DNA of 64,000 nt from a virus. The DNA lies in IMG/VR virus record IMGVR_UViG_3300027377_000018, one strand, 5' to 3'. Below, in pieces: positions 59,889 through 64,000 of this stretch (positions are counted from its first letter, which is position 1; each line of letters begins with the position of its first letter). Below the pieces are notes generated by a model. The model was given only the letters and a program-made list of their open reading frames with translations. It ran no database searches and was not told the DNA's origin. Both the position numbers and the translations under genes were made by a program.

Positions 59889-60322
59889 TCAAAATATTTA
59901 CGATTGGATTTACTAAAACTACGGCACGCAATTTTTTTGATCGCCTTAAAAAATCGGGAGCGAAAAAAATCGTAGATGTTCGTTTGAACAACGTCTCTCA
60001 ACTTGCAGGTTTTGCCAAACGCGATGATCTCGAATTTTTCGCTGACCAACTGTGCGGAATGACCTACGAACATATACCTCAATTGGCGCCCACAAAGGAT
60101 ATTCTCGACGACTATAAAAAGCGAAAGGAAATGCCCTGGGAAGAATACGAGGAGCGTTTCTTGAAGCTGATGGCCGACAGACAGATCGAGAAACTAAACC
60201 CTGACAGAATTGACGGCGGCTGCCTGCTATGCAGTGAAGATAAACCACACCATTGTCATAGACGGTTGGCCGCTGAATACCTGAAAAAGAAGTGGGATGA
60301 TGTGAGGATCATCCACCTATAA
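59885..60322 (+). CDS. DUF488 family protein (short form)
   Basis: IFTIGFT, IVDVRL, LLCSEDKPHHCHR. Confidence 0.88.
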   Translation: MIKIFTIGFTKTTARNFFDRLKKSGAKKIVDVRLNNVSQLAGFAKRDDLEFFADQLCGMTYEHIPQLAPTKDILDDYKKRKEMPWEEYEERFLKLMADRQIEKLNPDRIDGGCLLCSEDKPHHCHRRLAAEYLKKKWDDVRIIHL

Positions 60323-60407
60323 GACGAGGTTAAGTTTACGCACAAATTCTTTCCCTCTTGCTTCCACAGTGCTTCCACGGAGGGGACGATGTGATTATCG
60401 CCGGAAT

Positions 60408-60440
60408 CAAAAAGCCCGCAAGTATTTGAACTTGCGGGCT
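60408..60440 (-). terminator. Intrinsic terminator downstream of the tRNA 3' fragment
   Basis: AGCCCGCAAG/CTTGCGGGCT 10-bp stem followed by a T-run on the minus strand. Confidence 0.7.
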
Positions 60441-60444
60441 AATT

Positions 60445-60494
60445 TGGTTGCGGGGGCAGGATTCGAACCTGCGACCTTCAGGTTATGAGCCCGA
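60445..60494 (-). other. att site: 3' half of tRNA-fMet(CAT)
   Basis: Minus strand TCGGGCTCATAACCTGAAGGTCGCAGGTTCGAATCCTGCCCCCGCAACCA; D-arm and 5' acceptor strand absent. Confidence 0.85.
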
Positions 60495-60608
60495 TGGAAA
60501 ACAATAGCCGCCAACAAACCTCAATAATTTTTCTCAATAAAATCTGTATATTATAAAACTTTCGCTGTTGAGGGTTATTGACGATAACGGACAAAATTTG
60601 ATATCAAG

Positions 60609-60646
60609 TGTGCCTAAATTGTGCCCAGGCACAGGCACACTGTGCC
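60609..60646. repeat. Five TGTGCC/GGCACA repeats, candidate integrase arm-binding sites
   Basis: TGTGCC at 60609, 60620 and 60641; GGCACA at 60628 and 60634; located between the att site and the integrase. Confidence 0.45.
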
Positions 60647-60691
60647 CAACGCCTGTGGTGACACCCCTTCAGGATTTGCCCCGAGGCCCTC

Positions 60692-61804
60692 ATGGCGACC
60701 ATTCAAAAACGCAAGCGCGCGAACGGCACGGTCTACCGTGTGATGGTTCGCATCAAAGGCTTTCCCGAGCAGCAGAAGACATTCTCGCGCCTGACAGATG
60801 CCAAGATGTGGGCACAGCAAACCGAAGCGGCCATCCGCAAGGGAGAGTTCAAGAACGTCATCAAGACGGCGAACACCAAGACCCTGCAGAACGTGATCGA
60901 CCGCTATCGCGATGAGGTGTCCCCGCATAAGGCGGAGACCACCCAGCGCGCCGAAAAAAGCTACCTGTCCTTCTGGGAGCGAGAACTCGGCAAGTACGCC
61001 CTCTCCTACGTCACGCCGGAGCTGGTGACGGAGAAGCTCGACGCGCTCTCCACCGCCGGCGACGGCAGGCGCAAACTTGAAGATGGCCAAAAGCCCAACC
61101 GCCCCAAGAGCCGCAAGACCCTCAAGCACTATCGTGACACATTGAACGTGCTGTTCGGGTTCGCAGTAAAATGGGGCTGGACGGCTTCCAATCCCCTCGA
61201 CGGTGTCAACAAGATCACCAAGGCCAATGTGGAGCGGGTGCGTTATCTGGATGAGAACGAACGCAAGAGCCTGCTCGATGCCTGCAAGGCCAGCGACAAT
61301 GACCAGCTTTACCCGATCGTTGTGTTCGCCCTGTCCACCGGCGCCCGCAAAGGGGAAATTCTCGGTCTGACCATCGAGGACGTGGACCTGAAACGTGGCG
61401 CGGCCATTCTGCGGGATACCAAGAACGGCGAGACCCGCCCTGCCCCCATCGTCCACCACCTGAAAGACCTACTTCGAGACCATATCAAGGAGGTTACGAC
61501 CTTCTACGATGACATGGAGGATGAGCCGCCGGTCCGCTGGCTGTTCCCGCGTCGCGACGGCCTAGCTCCTATCGACATTCGCAAGGCTTGGGAGAACGCC
61601 CGCGATACCGCCGGCATCCGGGATTTTCGGTTCCATGATCTGCGGCACACCACGGCGAGTTATCTCGCCATGAACCGCGCGAACCCGCTGGAAATTGCCG
61701 AAGTGCTCGGCCACAAGACCTTCCAGATGGTCAAGCGATACAGCCACCTGTCCGACAGCCATGTGAAGGAACTGGTGCAGTCGGTGAACGAGAAGATATT
61801 CTGA
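60692..61804 (+). CDS. Tyrosine recombinase/integrase
   Basis: TGARKGE (R), TKNG (K), FHDLRH (HxxR), LGHK, KRYSH (Y). Confidence 0.93.
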   Translation: MATIQKRKRANGTVYRVMVRIKGFPEQQKTFSRLTDAKMWAQQTEAAIRKGEFKNVIKTANTKTLQNVIDRYRDEVSPHKAETTQRAEKSYLSFWERELGKYALSYVTPELVTEKLDALSTAGDGRRKLEDGQKPNRPKSRKTLKHYRDTLNVLFGFAVKWGWTASNPLDGVNKITKANVERVRYLDENERKSLLDACKASDNDQLYPIVVFALSTGARKGEILGLTIEDVDLKRGAAILRDTKNGETRPAPIVHHLKDLLRDHIKEVTTFYDDMEDEPPVRWLFPRRDGLAPIDIRKAWENARDTAGIRDFRFHDLRHTTASYLAMNRANPLEIAEVLGHKTFQMVKRYSHLSDSHVKELVQSVNEKIF

Positions 61805-61806
61805 CT

Positions 61807-62268
61807 ATGCCGACACTGAAGGAAATCGCGCCGATCCTCGAAGCGGCGAAGCAGGCCGCTATCGACTACTACCGTCTGACCGGCAAGCCCTTGGGGATTA
61901 CGGGGGAAATCGGAGAGTATCTCGCGGCCAAGCACCTTGGGCTTGAACTGGCTGATGCCAGAACGCCGGGTTTCGATGCCTATGGCCCGGACAAACGCCT
62001 CGTCCAGGTCAAGTCCCGTGCCATACCGGAAGAGAAAAGGTTGACCGGACAGCGCCTCGGTTCAATCCGGCTGGAACATGAATGGGACACGGTGGTGCTC
62101 GTGCTCATGAATGAGTTCTTCGAGCCCTACGCCATGTATGAGGCGGGTCGGGAACCGATAGAGGCCGCACTCACCAAGCCAGGAAGCAAGGCCCGAAACG
62201 AGCGTGGCGCGCTCGCCATAACGAAGTTCATCAGTATCGGGCGGAAGGTTTGGCCGGCACGTGTATAG
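61807..62268 (+). CDS. Orphan PD-(D/E)XK-like nuclease (copy B, homolog of 56771-57280)
   Basis: GEIGEY...PGFDA...VQVKSR; shares long blocks with copy A. Confidence 0.6.
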   Translation: MPTLKEIAPILEAAKQAAIDYYRLTGKPLGITGEIGEYLAAKHLGLELADARTPGFDAYGPDKRLVQVKSRAIPEEKRLTGQRLGSIRLEHEWDTVVLVLMNEFFEPYAMYEAGREPIEAALTKPGSKARNERGALAITKFISIGRKVWPARV

Positions 62269-62359
62269 CGCCTGGCCACGGGATGGAACATTGCCTGGAA
62301 AGGCCCTCTTCCGATATCCTGAAGACCTCCTTTTCCTTTTTCAACCCAAGACTCTAAGG

Positions 62360-62572
62360 ATGTCTATGGTGGACTACGGAGAACTTCGGACGGTAAAGCA
62401 AATGGCGTCCGAAGCGGTCTTCCTGACCGAGAGCAAACTGCGCTGGTGGATATTCCATGCAGATACGAATGGATTGAAATCGGCGCTGATCAAGATTGGT
62501 GGCCGCGTTTACATCGACCGTCACCAATTCAACGTCTGGCTCGAGAGCCAGCGTATGGGTTCGGTGGCCTAG
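62360..62572 (+). CDS. Excisionase-like small DNA-binding protein
   Basis: LRTVKQMA...LRWWIF...LIKIGGRVYID...FNVWLE wing-HTH pattern. Confidence 0.7.
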   Translation: MSMVDYGELRTVKQMASEAVFLTESKLRWWIFHADTNGLKSALIKIGGRVYIDRHQFNVWLESQRMGSVA

Positions 62573-62593
62573 CGGCCGCAACGGACCCTCTAT

Positions 62594-62619
62594 AAGCCCC
62601 GCTTCGGCGGGGCTTTTTT
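62594..62619 (+). terminator. Intrinsic terminator
   Basis: AAGCCCCGC-TTCG-GCGGGGCTT-TTTT. Confidence 0.8.
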
Positions 62620-62628
62620 CTAGGACAT

Positions 62629-64000
62629 TTATGCGGCCGCGCGCTTTCGGACTTCTTCGAGAATGCCGACCAACTCAACAACATCGGCAGATTCGAAAAC
62701 ACCCTCGACCCCCATCGCGTCAAGGTCGGTAAACGGGCTTTCGTAAAGAAGCCTCGGGTCCATCACGCCACGTTCTGTCAGGTAGTCGATTATCATGTTT
62801 AAAAACTCGATCTGACTTGCCGAAAGAGTTCGTGAAGCCTGAAAACTGTCAAACACACGCTTGGCCGCTTCTCGATCCAGGCCAACCAATGACCGCACAA
62901 AGACACCAAGGCCGCCATCTTCTTTGAGCTTTTCCAGGTCATTCTGTTCAGCAACACCTGCCTCAACGAAAACCCTTTCAAGTTCCTCCAGGTCCTGCTC
63001 CGTCAACGGTTCGTTGCGGTGGAGTTTCTGGATGGCGATGTGGTTTTGGTGTTCTTTCAGGAAATGCCGCACCTTCATCTGGAAACGGTTCATATCGGTA
63101 CCAACCATTACGCCTTGGACCTCAATCTCCTCGGGTCCACCGATTTCATCCTCAAAATCGGTGTAAATGTGTGGCCGCTTTTTGAGTTCGATAAGCTTGA
63201 TGAGGTCGCGAAGCCGGCGACGGGCCGTCTCCAGCATTGTCGGCGTCACGTCCTGCCAGTATTCGTCAGTTTGGATTTCAAGAATGAAGTCCATTTGGCT
63301 TGCGACCATTGGAACGTTTCCGAGTTCCTCCAACGCGGAAGCAAGTTCGATAACGCGCTTTCTCAGGGCCTCAAGCCCCTTTTCTGAACGCAGGATGACC
63401 AACTGCGCCCGCAGGATTAAGTAGTCGAACTGCTTTGCGGCGATATCATCGTCCACCAGGGCAGAGGGCAACCCGGCGAGTTCATCAATGAGTTCCATAC
63501 GCTCTTCAAGGCCGAGGACCGCCCAAGGTTCATCGGCCTGGTATTTCTCAACAAGACGACGTTTGGGCCGGACAATAAAGTTATCGACGTTCATCCCGCC
63601 CACTTCGTCGCGGAGCCGTTCGATCACATCACGATGCAGTTTCTCGTGAGGATCGTCGTCGCCCTCTGGCTTAGCTTTCAGCTCACCCACCAGTTCAACA
63701 CGCGCGACAAACAGCCGCTCGGCCAGCGAGCCGCCGGAAGCACCCTCGGTGAACTCGGGATTCTGGTTGAAGAATTCGAAATTCTGACAGAAATCGAAAA
63801 CACAGAAATTCTCCTTATGCGCACCGACACCGAACATGTCGGGGCATAGGCGCGTTCCCCGTCCGATCATCTGCCAGAACTTTGTCTTCGATCGGACAAT
63901 CTTGAAGAACACGAGATTGACGACTTCGGGCACGTCGATGCCGGTATCGAGCATATCCACCGAAATGGCGATGTGCGGTGCCTTGTTCGCAGTGGAGAAA
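62629..64000 (-). CDS. hsdR: Type I restriction enzyme R subunit, C-terminal part (5' end outside window)
   Basis: IAISVDMLDTGIDVPEVVNLVFFKIVRSKTKFWQMIGRGTRLCPD helicase motifs V/VI and an EcoEI-R-like C-terminus (LYESPFTD). Confidence 0.9.
   Translation of the reverse strand, partial: FSTANKAPHIAISVDMLDTGIDVPEVVNLVFFKIVRSKTKFWQMIGRGTRLCPDMFGVGAHKENFCVFDFCQNFEFFNQNPEFTEGASGGSLAERLFVARVELVGELKAKPEGDDDPHEKLHRDVIERLRDEVGGMNVDNFIVRPKRRLVEKYQADEPWAVLGLEERMELIDELAGLPSALVDDDIAAKQFDYLILRAQLVILRSEKGLEALRKRVIELASALEELGNVPMVASQMDFILEIQTDEYWQDVTPTMLETARRRLRDLIKLIELKKRPHIYTDFEDEIGGPEEIEVQGVMVGTDMNRFQMKVRHFLKEHQNHIAIQKLHRNEPLTEQDLEELERVFVEAGVAEQNDLEKLKEDGGLGVFVRSLVGLDREAAKRVFDSFQASRTLSASQIEFLNMIIDYLTERGVMDPRLLYESPFTDLDAMGVEGVFESADVVELVGILEEVRKRAAA

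Noticed and set aside
60445-60494. Intact tRNA-Met gene
   Set aside because: The D-arm and 5' acceptor strand are missing; it is an att fragment.
1-64000. CRISPR array, diversity-generating retroelement or invertible tail cassette
   Set aside because: No spaced repeat array, reverse transcriptase, template/variable repeat pair or invertase was found.

Overview
High-GC bacterial (probably alphaproteobacterial) accessory region with three parts. (1) 1-15030, a decaying defence island: an IS3 right end; a truncated operon (gene remnant, PLD/HKD nuclease, P-loop ATPase with an internal TAG, HerA/DUF87 ATPase, unknown ~400 aa protein) converging on an Ssp-type phosphorothioation module (DUF4007 SspB, SspC ATPase, SspD PAPS reductase, divergent frameshifted cysteine desulfurase); and an IS-split HelD/UvrD-like helicase. 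(2) ~15060-57280, a lambda-like siphoprophage with lysis, tail, head, terminase, a recognisable cos site, replication genes, a RES-Xre toxin-antitoxin pair and an XRE/IrrE switch. It has no integrase of its own and carries several inactivating lesions. It is followed by AT-richer cargo (IS-split putative dual-OB protein and two DUF488 genes). (3) 60445-64000, the 3' half of tRNA-fMet (att site), a tyrosine integrase, an orphan nuclease, an excisionase-like gene and the end of a type I hsdR. The most striking feature is in the tail operon: a tail-fibre-like protein ending in a Tyr/Cys repeat (CMSYCSYCSYCSYCTYCNCNCDC) is followed directly by an unknown protein and two radical SAM/SPASM enzymes. 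This suggests RiPP-style post-translational modification of a virion protein. No database searches were run; family assignments come from motif recognition.
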